Notes: a model not told the origin generated them from the sequence alone. A DNA stretch of 60,994 nt, filler included, from Sphacelaria rigidula (GCA_964200075.2; 10 parts of 10 records of this genome joined end to end with filler, not necessarily neighbours in it), one strand, 5' to 3'; positions 25,280-38,280 are shown, counted from the whole stretch's first letter. Program-made: numbers and translations.

Positions 25280-25699
25280 GAATCACTGGTGGGAAACATG
25301 TACACTTGACTCGCCATGCATGAATCACAGGTAGAAATCATGTAGCTATGGTTAATGCCATATGAATGACAAATTAGAAGCCTGTAGATATGATCCACGC
25401 CGTATGAATCACAGGTGAAAGATATATACACTTTATTCATCTCGTAAAGATGGAAGGCAGGGAACATGTACGTAGGATCCATGTTGCTTGAACAGAAAGT
25501 GGGGACCATGTACATTCGATTCAGCTCGCATAAACGGAAGGTGGAGAACATGTATACGTGATTCATGCTGCATGAATGAAAGGGGAGAAATATGTACCTA
25601 TGATGCATGCCGTACGAATGGAAGGTGAAAAACATGTACACTTGATTTCTCTCGCATGCACGGAAGTTGAAACACATGTACATACATACGATTCATGCC
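25280..25699. repeat. Diverged 42-bp tandem repeat, 10 units
   Basis: Units start exactly 42 nt apart (25280, 25322, 25364, 25406 ... 25574, 25616, 25658) and share GAAT...CATGTA...ATTCATGC-like motifs. Confidence 0.9.
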
Positions 25700-26469
25700 T
25701 CATGAATAGATGGGCGGAAAGATTGCTCTCAGATATCTCGCCGAAACAAGCGCTACACTCCATCTTGTGTACGTGGTAGAGAATTGGAATGTGGTACAAG
25801 TTTTTCGGAAACCAGGAGGTCTCGAAAACATTGTACCCAAATGAACAATAGGTTGGAAGATGCTTGGGACAAACACCTGAAGGTGTACCTCAATGGTCGA
25901 CGTTTTTGAAGACTTACGCTCAAAGGTGAGAGCTACAATTATATAAGGCAACGTGCGTAATCACGAGAAAGCGGAGGAGAGCATTAAGAATAAACTCCAT
26001 GACAGGCTGCCGGAGCGTTATCTTGAGTTGGAAATAATTATATTTTCTCTTGCAGACCCAATTCCCGACGATACAGATTTTGATGACCACAACATGGAAT
26101 ATCGGTGGTTTGTTGCGTGGTGCTCTCTGTCAGTTGGACTTTGGTATGTGGCGTACGAACTTTTGATGCCCGTGACAAAGACGCCGGTAAAACACATAAA
26201 TATACTGAAAACAGTATAGTTTAGTGTGGACCTCACTCTGAAAAGATGAAGGCGAGCAGGTTCCTTCAAATGTCAAAGATGATACATACCCGGAGGTGAA
26301 TCCACCTTTGGCAATAGACGGATCACCGCCAGAGTGCATATCTGCCCAATCTGTGATTTCTGAGCTCCCTTTAGTTCAATGAAATGAATCATTTCTTTGC
26401 GGCATAACCTTGAATAAAAACTAGGTGGCGTGTTTGGGGTGGCCGCTGGGACTAATCTTGGGGCTTCGA

Positions 26470-26954
26470 ACCGATCGTGGAACGGATGCCAACAATTGCC
26501 CGTTCGTGGGTAGGGGGTATGGATGAACTTGTCGCAAACCCATAAGTCGCACGTCTGTCGTCTCTGGTGAGAACCTACTTGACACCACCCCAGCATATTC
26601 TTCCAGCATTTTTTTGTCCTGGTCTTTCGCTCTCTGGCCGTCTTGCCCGCAGTGGCTGCACCTGATCAGCGATGCGACGAATCTCTCCCAATCTCGTGTT
26701 GCATCAATCCCTCTTTCACCTGACCCCACATCCCGCGTGTCACCTGTTGTACCACGGCCGTTGCTAGAGACCGTCAATCTACCCCTGCGATCGCCTCTTC
26801 CCCAAGCCCCGCCCCTGCCCCCTTCGCTGTCATAGCCTCCTTGAAATTCATCTCCTCTCGACGGCACCGCTGCTACCACTGCCGTCCCCTCCTCGTCCGC
26901 CAAAGTCACACGCAGCATCTGGTTAATGGGCTCTTTTTCAGACTCGTCGAACAT
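26470..26954 (-). pseudogene. Possible decayed transposase C-terminus (piggyBac-like cysteine-rich domain)
   Basis: NQMLRVTLADE ... RCSHCG in one frame, then TCDLWVCDK...GNCWHPFH in a shifted frame, resembling CxxC...CxxCxVxLC...CFxxFH. Motif-level resemblance only; no TIRs found. Confidence 0.3.
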
Positions 26955-27359
26955 TCCCTCCTTCGGCGAGCACGTCGCCGCTCCAGTCCGCGCCCCTCCC
27001 GTCTGCGCTGCCCCGTCATCCCCGCACCCGTTGTCGACGATTGACTCGTCGGACTCATCTATCTCGCCTCCCTCCGGTGGGATTCATGGTCTTGCATGTG
27101 CAACGTCTATCTGGGATGTGGACATCTATCTGGGGTGTGGATATCCATCCGGATCCATCCGGAATGTGATTCTCATGTGGGATATCCATCTGGATTATGG
27201 ACATCGATTTGGCCGGGATATCAGACCCATCAGTCATTCCCGTCTGGGATATGGGCGTCCATCTGGATATCCCGGATGGAATTCCTAGATGGATCTGATA
27301 TCCCGGCCAAATTGATATCCATATTCCAGACCAATGTCCCAGATGAGTATCCGAGATGG

Positions 27360-28081
27360 AAGAAGGAAACACAAGGGCAGGCTGGAATAAGGTGGGATAG
27401 GGTAGTCGAGAAAGTATGGAAGGATACAGAAGGAAAGCAGGACGAAGTAATGTCATGGATGAATGTGGGGAGTACAAGGCAAAAATAAACAAAAATATAG
27501 AGAAGAAAAAGGGAAAGCAAGTGCTGATGGAAAGTGGACAAGGAAGAGCACCTGAAGGTATACGAGGGGTTGGGAGAAGGGATAGGGGTGAAAACATACT
27601 TGCACACGGCCCAATGGACTACGCAAAGAGTTGAATGCAAGTTCGGGTGGGGGACCTAGACCTGCCAGAAAGAAGGAAGAGGAATGCCAGTAGTCGGGTG
27701 GAGGCGGAAGTAGGTGCACAGAATTGCTCCTGTGGCGAAGCAATGGAGGGTATGCAAATCATATAAGAGAATAATGTGAATTATAAAGGGAGGAACGGGA
27801 TGTGTTGAGAGGGGGAAATGTCGGAAGTTGGCGAAGATGGCATGAAATCGGTACATTGGACATTAGCAAAAAACGATCCCTATAGTAGGAGACAGGTGGT
27901 GGCCGCAGACGGCGAAACAGGCAGGGAATAAGATGTGCAAGTTTTGGTGCAATATATGGAAAAACCCAAACGCTGGTGGTGTCTCGATTAGGAGTAGGGG
28001 CAGAGCTCCGTCTCAAGAGAGATGCGTGGTCAATGGTCAAATGACTAAGGCAAGCAACCAGTGAGTACCCTCCCCCCCCCT
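27360..28081 (+). mobile_element. 5'-truncated, frameshifted LINE (ORF2 C-terminal region and 3' end)
   Basis: Encodes GQAGIRWDRVVEKVWKD...HGPMDYAK and is colinear with the RT-containing copy at 31772-33170. Ends TGAGTACCCTCCCCCCCCC. Confidence 0.85.
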
Positions 28082-28672
28082 CTGGCAAAGCGAGTCGCCG
28101 CCCGCTTCCTAGCCGCCGCCGCCGCCGCCGCCTCGTCTTCCAGCACTGTGCCGATGACTCCTTTATCGGACTCATCTATCTCATCCCTCTCTGGTAAGAT
28201 GTCGCATCGAGCTTGTCCTGGCATTTGTTTGCCCTGCGATGTTCAGCACGGGTTCTTGCCGAATACCTCCAGTGAAACACGTTATCATGTGAGATATCAC
28301 GCCGATCCCGCGCCTGTAACTCTTACTCTAGCGCAAGTGGTGCCACGGGACGGGTGGACAGAAACTTTCTTAGGCTCTTCATTTTAGGAGCCACTCTCAA
28401 CGAGAAATATCCTATCCCAAGCGTGCAACCTCGGATAGCATTGGCCTAAAAAGTACACCTTTACGATGGCACTACTGGAGATTACTCGGCGGCAGCGGTC
28501 GATGATCGACGCCCACACTACGGCTACCGGAAAACGCACTCAAAAACTCATGCCCCACTCCTGCTGGAATCCACACCGATGGGCTCTTTCTGTTCCCGAT
28601 AGGAGCCCTCGCCAGTGGTAAACATACCACTGCCCAAATCGGGACCGCGCGCGACCCCGACTGCACACTGAC

Positions 28673-28934
28673 GAGCAATGCTACGGTAGGGGTGCACTTT
28701 TTACGCGAAATCCTGCCTGGTTCAGGGGCTTCTAACGATATTTGATGCAAAAAAATACGGGTCAGGACATCCCCATTTGCAAATTCAGTCGGGATATTCC
28801 CAGCATATTGGCATATAATAGTAATCCTGGGGTACTCTCACATATTTTCATAAGACGTGTTTTGGATGAGATCAAGGGCTCCTAACAATTTGAACCTCAG
28901 AAAATATTTGTGCACCCCTACCGTAGCATCACTC
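28673..28934. mobile_element. MITE, GAG...CTC termini, 4-bp TSD TGAC
   Basis: TIRs GAGCAATGCTACGGTAGGGGTGCAC / GTGCACCCCTACCGTAGCATCACTC; TGAC on both flanks. Confidence 0.88.
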
Positions 28935-29453
28935 TGACACAAAAACACGTCAGCAGCCGATCCGCCGGGTGCGTTGTATCAATTGGGTATCATAATACCC
29001 GTTGACGTGATGAATGTCCCCAAAAAGAAATTCGACGGTGGTCAATGCGATATAAAGAGATGCGGCTTCCTTTGATCTCCTACTGATTGTGACCGTGGAT
29101 ATGCGGCCAAGGCAGAATGGCATGAGACCCTCGGTGGACCTCACTCTGGACAACGTCGCCTGAACACGACACAGGTGCCCCTCCAACTACTGTTCTTCCG
29201 GAGAGGCATAGCCCACTAAATGCTGACTTTGAATGTGGCGATGCCAGCACCATCGCGGGGCCGTGAGCCGCATCGTAATCCATATCCAACGCCCCCCCGA
29301 GCTGCACGATGGGGGCGGTAACCGTTGGCAAAACCCAATTTTGTCGCCTTTTGCCTCCAGCGCGCTCTGTGTGTGGACTTATCACAGTTGCTAGTTACCT
29401 CAATGCCACCGGTGCTTCCCGAGGGCAGCAGCTGGGACACGGGCACTAACATA

Positions 29454-29879
29454 CAGCCGATCACCGGAATTGCGGATGGAGCTCTTCATTGAGAATGAGA
29501 ACCCGGAGAATTAAAATCTTCGTATCCACACGAAATCGTCGAAATATGGCTCCATTTCTTCACGTCCTGGTAGCTATTGACAACTACTACACGCCATACA
29601 AATGTGGATTTCGATAACCGACATGTTGGGGTCCTAGATGAAGACACAATTCTGGGGAAATTCATTGCCGAAATTCCCCAGGATTGTTTTTTCATCTAGA
29701 ACCCCAACATGTCGGTTATCGAAATCCACATTTGTATGACGTGTAGTAGTTGTCAATAGCTACCAGGAAGTGAAGAAATGGAACCATATTTCGACGATTT
29801 CGTGTGGGTACGAAGATTTTAATTCTCCAAGTTCTCATCCTCAATGAAGAGCTCCATCCTCAATTCCGGTGATCGGCTC
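29454..29879. mobile_element. Foldback MITE (~426 bp, almost entirely palindromic); related left ends at 48710-48776 and 60935-60994
   Basis: Arms of ~200 bp with few mismatches (CAGCCGATCACCGGAATTG... / ...CAATTCCGGTGATCGGCT). TA on the left flank; the right TSD is not clean. Confidence 0.9.
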
Positions 29880-31021
29880 TTAACTGGGAAAAGGGCATCC
29901 GTGATCCCCTTGCACAATCAAACGCTCGTCTCGTGTGCCTGAAAACTTTTACACTCGTCAGCGATATCGTCAGCGATGTAGCGGACAGACTGCAAGCTGC
30001 GGGGTGGCTCCAAAAATCTCCCACCGCTTGACGCTGCGGGATGACTTGAATGGTTCTTGATTTATCCGGTAAATTTTTGCTTGGTTCTGTATATCGAGTG
30101 GGAGCGTTGGGATTTATATCATCCATGGTCCGAATAGGCGCCTGTGGTATCGGATACTCGAATGTTATTACAATAATATTCTCTTATTTTATTGTGTCGC
30201 CTGTCTGTTGATTCTCCTGGCTTCTATTTCATCTTCATTTGATTTCCTTATTACAGTAGTATTTGGTTTTCTAGATTATAATAGCCTGTGACTACGGAAG
30301 GCGTCCGCACCAGATGCACATTGCGGAAGTAGAAGTTACTAACAAGGGGTTTTACAAATTGGGGATGGATCTTTTATTGGGAACAGCCAATTTTCGAAAA
30401 TGGGGTTGAAAAAAAAATGAGGTTCAACTCAAAAGCCGTGCTTTCCTTGNNNNNNNNNNNNNNNNNNNNNNNNNNNNNNNNNNNNNNNNNNNNTTAATTA
30501 ATTAANNNNNNNNNNNNNNNNNNNNNNNNNNNNNNNNNNNNNNNNNNNNCTGCAGACCAACCTGGTAATGCACGGGACCGCCGCTGGTCGATCGGCGAAG
30601 TTTTGGCGGTGCTATTATTGTACTGCATTTAGTACCGGGAACGTTTCGTGTTGTTGTGTGATCGCGTGTCTGAGGACGTTTCGTTTCACGAAATGTGGTG
30701 GAATTACGGTAGGCAAATTGCGCCACACAGTTACGCGTTGACTCGATGTAAAGAGGCAAATGCACACTGGTGCGGGTAGTGCTGCAAGATGGCATCAAGG
30801 TTGTCAACAGCTCCGTCATGGGAGAGAACCTGCCAGCCGACGGTCATTTACCACCGTAAGAGGGAGAAATACTACCTCAAACCGTGCTATACACCCCCCA
30901 GATGCAAGGCGCTATGCCAGATTTTGCGCAAAACAAAAATGATCGTGTCGGGATTCGAATTCATAACCTCTGTAATAAGGGGCGGTTCTACCAGTTTGAC
31001 CAGGTGCCATACGAAAAATTG

Positions 31022-31292
31022 GATGCTGTGGGTAATTCGAAGAGTTGGGTGCTGAAATTCTGACACAACATTTTTTTCATTACTACGCACAACATTTCTG
31101 GAGGTGCATCAGTGTTTTCTCCTTCGCAGAGCTATATCATTTTATTTTTCTATTTTTCCCAGAAACGTCAAATCGCTCGAACTTCTTGTTTTTTTGTTTT
31201 TTTTATACACCTCGAGAAATGTGGTGCATAGTGATGATGAAAATGTTGTCTCAAAATTTCAGCGCCCAACTCTTCGAATTACCCGCAGCATC
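31022..31292. repeat. Inverted repeat (~85-bp arms) within a dispersed element also seen at ~44610-45030
   Basis: GATGCTGTGGGTAATTCGAAGAGTTGGGTGCTGAAATT pairs with AATTTCAGCGCCCAACTCTTCGAATTACCCGCAGCATC. Confidence 0.8.
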
Positions 31293-31771
31293 GCCAAAAT
31301 ACATTCAAAAATCATTGTCGGCTGGCCCAGCCTGTACGTCCTGTACATTGTGTCAAAATTTCATCGAAAACGATCCAAAATTGAGCTCAAGACTCGTGTG
31401 TCAACATTCCTATTCGAATGTTCGGCGGCCCAGCCTGTACATATATATATATATATATATTATTACTGTTCCGTCATTTCTTCAGCGAGTGTTTCAGTTT
31501 TGTTTTTCCTGGGTACGTCTATCAGGAGACCACGGCTGGACCCCTGGGGGGTCAGTTAAAGTGCGACAATCAATCAACCCTGGCCCCAACCCAACGCGCA
31601 CCACGAACCCTCGGGCAGGTGGTGTTGACCAGGTGTCTTGGGGCAAAGCGTGAGTTTGCAGAGCTCAAGTCGGCCTTCCAGCACCATTGAAGACCCGATT
31701 TTCAGTACCGACACTGAAATCAGTATTTTCAACCCTGAGTTTATAGTCACGCCAAAAACCCTGATGGGCAA

Positions 31772-33170
31772 CGGGGGGGGGAAGGGGGGGGAACTCATTT
31801 GTTGCTCGCCTTAGTCGTTTGACCATTGACCACACACCCCTTTCGAGACGGAGCACCATTCCTACTCTCTAATAGAGACACCTTCAACCTTCCGGTGCTC
31901 ATTGCGTTTCTTCCATACATTACATGAAAGCCTTCTACGTATCTTATCCCCGTCCTGTTTCGCCGTCTTTGGCCGCAATCTATATCTCCTAGTATAGCCT
32001 CTGTTATTAGTGCATCAAACGATTTCATGCCACCTTCGTTCATGCCCCGCATTTCGCCCTCTACGCACGTCCCGTTTCTCCTTGTACAGTTCACATTATG
32101 TCACTATATGAGTTTTACGCTTCATTGCTCTGTCACAGAGGCAATTCTGTGCATCCACCTCCTCCTCCACTCGACTGCTGGTGTACCTCTGTCTTCTTTC
32201 TGGTAGGTCCAGGTCCCGCACCCGAAATCGCAGTTTCAGTGCTTTCGCCGAGTCCATTGGGCCACACATCTGTTTTCACCCCTATCCCCTCTCAACCCCC
32301 CGTATATCTCCAGGTGTTCTTCCTCGTCTACTTTCCGTCGAAGCGTTTCCCCCCCCCTTAATTCTATTATGTCCCTTACTTCTGTCTCGTACCCGCCGCA
32401 TTCACTCATGGACATTATCTCATCCTGGTTCCCCATTATCTTATCGCATACTTTCTCGACTAAGCTATTCCCCCTTATTCCAGCCTGCCCTTTTGTCATT
32501 TTCTTCCAGACAGCCATATCAACTATGGCAATATTCTCACTGCGTGTTCTTTTCACCCTATGGCCATCTCAAATTTCTCATATCTCTGTTTGAAGTGGGT
32601 ACATTCCCAACTCTGCTCTCAAAGTGTTCCTGGTCGTTTTCGAGCATCCAAGTATTTCCGTAGCTGCTGCCATCTGTACTGTTTCTAACTTCTTCACCAA
32701 TTTCACGTTCGACTCGTACGTTTCCTGCATATTCCAGTTTTGGTACGTTCAGATTCATCGGGATGAATCTATTGACCCTAGTGTCACGTGCGAGTCTCTG
32801 AGGATCACGTCCACCCTTCTTATCTGTGCCTTACCCTTTTCGATTTTTTCATTTATGTGCATCCCAAAAACACTTTTTTGATATCTCTACGCCAAGGTAT
32901 GTATACTGGTCTACGACCGGCAGTTCCTCTTTCCCCCACTTCCCTCCAAACTCTACCGGGTTCTTCTTATCTACGTTACTTGCAAGCACCGCGCATTTGT
33001 TAACATTCGCTCTCACTCCATTTCCCCGTGTATTCTAGTGCCTTCTCCATTTGCTTCTGCCGTCTTTCTGGTGTTTCTGATATCCCCACGAAATCATCCG
33101 CGAACGTCATTCCTGATACCATATCTTCCCCCATCTTGACTCCTTGCTCTACTGCTTCTATCGCTATTGT
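31772..33170 (-). mobile_element. 5'-truncated LINE with reverse transcriptase remnant, decayed
   Basis: SGMTFADDFVGISETPE (non-LTR RT [Y/F]xDD motif) at ~33000-33165, then PKLEYAG.V, a CxC..H....C knuckle near 32090-32150 and ...RNGAPSRKGCVVNGQTTKASNK*. Multiple stops and frameshifts. Confidence 0.9.
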
Positions 33171-36100
33171 ACAAGGGGGGTAACACCAATACCCGATATC
33201 AATACGAACTGTCGACAACGGCAACATCCGGCATATCCAATTTCCCACTCTCGGCCGGCTGTGAAACAAGATACCGGTTGCTGTATTCGTGCTATTGTGA
33301 CGTGGGCAGTGCTGAGCATGGGGCAGTTATAACGGCACGTGGGCGTTTTTAGCATCTCCCCAGATCTTCAGCCATCATCCATACTGAGGATCATGTTCTT
33401 TGTCACGGCAACTCGGGCGTATTGCTTTCGCTCAAGGTTGGTTTGCACCGACTATTTCATACTTGAGTACATCGCGGAATCTCCGTGTACGATCTTGACC
33501 AGGGGAAATATACAAGCTGGTTCAAACTCATCACCCAAAATTGTGTCATCCGCCAATGCCTTTCACAATGTCTACCCAATAGCCACATACATAATGTCGT
33601 ACTGACCGCCATAGACAGGTGAAGAGTGACATAGCCAGATTTGTGGTGAAGACCGTAGTGGTGGCGCTAAGGGCGAAAAGGTACCTCGACCAATCAGCGC
33701 CCTTCAAGTTGCTCTGGAATCGAAAATACGAATTCCAACCCCAACTTTCACCCAATCTCCACATGCTTCAACTCGTAGTAACCGCCATCGGCTCGGGAAC
33801 CTAACACCGAAAAACATATTTGAAAACGGTTGCCACGGGGTCGATTTATACCCGAAACCATCGTGTTTCGGTGATGTCGGGTGTTGGCGTCGCCTAATTT
33901 CCACCGATGGTATGCACGGAAGACCCAGGGAGCGTCGTGACGCTTCCCCTTGTATTTGCCGTAGAATAGCTCAGATCGCCCTCGAGTTTGGCGCGGTTCC
34001 GCAGGTTTTGATGCTTCAAATATAGAAAGAAAATTGTTTTACTGACAATATTTCAAGTTTCCCCGTTCCTTAACGGCTTCCGGGGGTCCCAATGTAGAGG
34101 CCCCCGAAATGTGGTACAAAAAATCCTCAAAACAACAAATATTAAGTGACGCGTCCCGGGGGAGTCCAAGAAGTATATGTACAGAGTGTGGTTGAGAAAC
34201 TCGAAAATATCACACCAGTTTTTCTCGCCTTGACCTTAACTGCACCCAGGAAGACGTTTTCAAACTAGAACCAAGTAGTTAGGAGTTTGCATAACGTTTC
34301 AAGCTCACGTCCTCGCACAAATGTGCCATGGGTTATTACGCCACTTTCTACGGACAAACTTTTTTTACTTTTTTTACTTTACCGTTTTTCGGGGGTCCGA
34401 TGGGATCCACGTTCCCCCCCAAAGCCTAGGACCCCCGAAAAACGGTGAGAAAAGACGAAAATTACTCGAACCCCGACCTTCAACAGTGGCGTCATGACCC
34501 ATAGCAATATTGTGCAAAATGTCAGGGCTCAACCCCGAAAAACCGCGGGAAGTTTTTCGGAGAAGTGTTTTGGGTTGATGATCGTGAATCAGCCTGGACA
34601 CGTTCTGGGTGTAAATCTGCACACTCAGGGGTTACTTTCAGCCAGCTTTCTCTTTTTTTCTTTGTGCTATCACACCCGCAAATGACTGACGTTGGCACAA
34701 TCACACCAAGGATGTCCGGGGCTCCGCGCCCCTTATAAGCTTCCTCTGTTTAAAATTATACACCGCTACCAGTTGATCATGACGCTTTCGAAGCTATAGA
34801 TTTTGTTCATGAAGCTGATAACCAACGAGCGCTCATTACTTCGAAGGTGAAGTGACCACTCCAGGAACAGCATTAATGGGGACATACGGACATCATAGAG
34901 AGACAAGGGTCAGGAGCATATGGAACCTCGATATTTACAACGCCGTGTTCCACTTTCCTCCTCTGAGCTTGTGACAACCCATACTAAAGGCGGGCACCAT
35001 CAGACGAACCCCCCCCCCCCCCCCCCCCCCTCATCAGAATGAGGGTTGAGTAAGAGGGTAGTGAAACGAATCACGAATCAGGGTTCTAATCACAGTGTCG
35101 TGAGGAGGCTAGTTAACCGGCGTTGGGCTACAAATGTTCATGGTTGACACATTTTACAAGTATCGCTACCCCTATCCCTAACCCCAACCCAACGCATACC
35201 GAGAACCCTCGGGCAAGGGTGGTACATAGTATTTCCTAGGCAAAGTGTGGCCTTGTTAGACCCCAAATCGGCGCCGATGTCAACGAAAACGCGTTCTGCG
35301 CACGCGAGGAACACACGAGACTGTCAGGCCTAGTGAAGATCCGATTCCCGTTGCACACACTCAAATCAAGTAATGTGTCAACCATATTTGTAGCCCAACG
35401 CAAGTCAACTCTACTGGTCGTGAGGGAGGGTTTGTTGCGTCCATGGCACCGCCAGCACCTTGTAGGACAAGGCCTGTGTACGTGCGACAGCAAGTACACT
35501 GCCACTTGTACAAGCAGCAAGTTCGGGAGTTCATGTTTGGAGTACTCGCCTCCGCTTATGTGTCGATTACCCCGCCGAGTATTTTGGCAAAAATTTGCCC
35601 TGCTCCGTCATTCTCGTATGTCTTCCCGATGCTCATTTGGGGAGCTGTGTCTGGCGCGTGGGTCTCCTTCCAATTTGAGGCGGACGATGGTTGTCCTTCC
35701 TCTTATTTGATATCAAACAGTGCTGGGCACGAGTGATACATCAGACTCCCGCACGATTGATCGATCGATTGATTCATTGGGTGATTGGTTGGCGCTTGGT
35801 CTGACTGGTGTCTTATGAATCAAGCCGTAGCCAATCACAAGAGAGGCGTATGTAGCTAAGCTTGCTAAAATGCTCCAACGTAGAAACACTCGTTCAAGGA
35901 AAATTTAGGATGGGGACGAAACAGAAACAGAAGACGAGGACAAATATTTAGCGGAATAAACTGACATGAACGCGCGGCAGAGAAACACGAACGAACCCAT
36001 GGCATTTTCTGTGAAAATATTTTCCCACAGGTCCTACCAGTCGCGACTTGTGTTGAGCCACACTTGTCCTCGTTTCCCGAAACGACGCGTTAGACTCGAG

Positions 36101-36329
36101 CCATTCTCGTCCTCACGTTGCGATATGACTCATGAAACTTTAGTTTCAGTGAGGAACCGTCGGACGTGTGAAATCTTCAGCTGTGATACCCCCCCTTCCC
36201 CCAGCGCGCTTGGTGCCAGTACTTACAAACCTGCTCCGGTTAAAACCCGGCGTGCTCCGTCCCGGCCTCGTAGGGATGCGAGGTCAATGTTCTTATGACT
36301 ACAGTACGCAGAATCATGAGTACACCCTA

Positions 36330-36558
36330 GCCGGTCGCCCCAGTGGCTCAGTTGGTAACCTCGTAACCTTCTGATGGTTGAGTTGTGGAGTTTGATCCCC
36401 GGAGCGATCTGGGATTCTTTCTGCCAGTATGCCCAACAGTAGAGAGCGACTATGTCGTGGGTACACAAAAATTGACTTAACGGTCGACGAGGGAAAGGGA
36501 CTGCTAAACCCCTCTCGCGATAAAAAATAAAGGCAAGGACCGCAGAAGGAAGGTGGAG
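36330..36558 (+). mobile_element. tRNA-derived SINE, 5' part (cut by contig end)
   Basis: GCCGGTCGCCCCAGTGGCTCAGTTGG head, degenerate B box, body homologous to 1364-1716. Confidence 0.85.
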
Positions 36559-37074
36559 NNNNNNNNNNNNNNNNNNNNNNNNNNNNNNNNNNNNNNNNNN
36601 NNTTAATTAATTAANNNNNNNNNNNNNNNNNNNNNNNNNNNNNNNNNNNNNNNNNNNNGATGCACCCACATACACCGAAAGGTGCAGACTGGTGCCCAGA
36701 ACAGATGGGACGACAACACAACACACACACATGTGAAAGTGAAGGCGTGCGCAATGTTTCCATCGGTGGGTAGGCAGCCGCGGTGGAGAAATGCACACAC
36801 TCAGCTCTTGTAAAACCGCGGAAAAGCGTCGTATTGAATTGTCTAAAGATACAGCAAAAACGTTTATGCTGCTTGTTGCTGCAGATGGCAGCTGTTGCAT
36901 TGTACTCTGTACCCTGAGGAAAAGTGACTGCTGAAGTAATCTCGCGATAAAAAATAAGGCAGGCGCCGCAGGAGTAAGGTGGAGAATTAAAACCAAATAC
37001 AAAAATACAAAAAAGAGAGGTCAGGGGGGGAAAAACAGAACTCCGGGATAAGCGAGAAACGACTGGATTGTTTA

Positions 37075-37184
37075 CAGGCTTTTACTTATTGTGCTGGCAC
37101 GGTTTTTGAAGAATTCGTTTATATTGAAAATAATGTTGGGTCGCTTTTTTGTAAAACCGTGCTAGCATCATAAGTAAAAGCCTA
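37075..37184. mobile_element. hAT-type MITE, 110 bp
   Basis: TIRs CAGGCTTTTACTTAT / ATAAGTAAAAGCCTA; perfect 8-bp TSD ATTGTTTA at 37067-37074 and 37185-37192. Confidence 0.88.
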
Positions 37185-37538
37185 ATTGTTTATGCTTAAA
37201 CCCCAGGTTTGTTTTATTTTTTCACCACGTAGGTGTGGACCGTGGCCAACTTTTCAGGATACACTCTTTTTTGTCCCGGATGCCACGTGGTCAGTGTCAT
37301 GAGTTAAAGAGGTACAAGTCGCGCCGTGCTTCTCTGCGCTTGTACTCTACGCCCACCCATGCGGTGTTACCCGTACAGCAGGGGAGAGGATGTACAGAGC
37401 CGTGCTACAATAGGTTGGGTGTTTGATTCCAGGGAAAAAGGACTCATGGATGTTTCGGACAACCTGACACACTCGCCGTGCGCTTCTGTTTGGGTGAAAC
37501 GGCGTCAATCAGTATGGATGAGCGCTATTTATCGGTAA

Positions 37539-38280
37539 CACCAAGGGTCTGCCGAGCGAAAAATTTCAGACACGTAGGCCACACACCCCCCCCTCGCGGA
37601 GGGTATTTTGTCGAAAATTGTCATGATTTTTTCGATTTTTTTTGTCGAGTTTCTCGCAAGAAATTGATCAATAAACACTGTTTTGATCATGTCTGTAAAT
37701 TTTTATTTTAGAAATTGCTCAATGAACGCTGATAAAAACGGAAAAGTCTGGTGGGCTTTGTGGGGTTCGTGTATCTGCTTCTGCTCCTTGCCCGTTCTGT
37801 CCCGATGACCTCAGATGCCGGAGGGCAATTTCCCGACAATTAGAGTTATCCAGTTTTTTTCAATATTAATACATAATTATATAAGATAGTATATGCTGCT
37901 CCTTGATGAATATTCATATATATGTAATTATATAATATATAAATATATTGTATATAGCATATACAATATAGTATATATTAAGGAAAAGAAGCATGTATAT
38001 GTGTAATATAGACCTATAATATTGACCTATATTATATGGTACATAATATATGATATTTAATATACGAAATATAGTATATGACATATTATATGACATATAT
38101 AATATATCATATATAATGTATAAGGATCTCTACTGTCTACGGCAGCTGACCACATCTTCCAACGCATCGGCGAAAAACCAGGGGACACACGGCTGGGTGT
38201 CCCCCCCCCCCCTCAAAAACTCGAATTTTCGATTTTGGGGCCTACGTGTCCCGAAATAATTTTTTGACAGACCCTTGGTG
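37539..38280. mobile_element. TIR-bounded non-autonomous element containing an AT-rich low-complexity tract (~37860-38125)
   Basis: CACCAAGGGTCTG...GACACGTAGGCC pairs with GGCCTACGTGTC...CAGACCCTTGGTG. TSD not resolved. Confidence 0.6.

Noticed and set aside
28950..29186. LSRVRSTEGL resembling PIF1/Helitron helicase motif VI (similar LFRVRST near 26230)
   Set aside because: The other helicase motifs are not visible upstream, and the match is too short to support a call.
36330..36730. SINE apparently continuing across the N gap (head before, tail after)
   Set aside because: The gap is an artificial linker between size-sorted contigs; both contigs simply break within the same abundant family.
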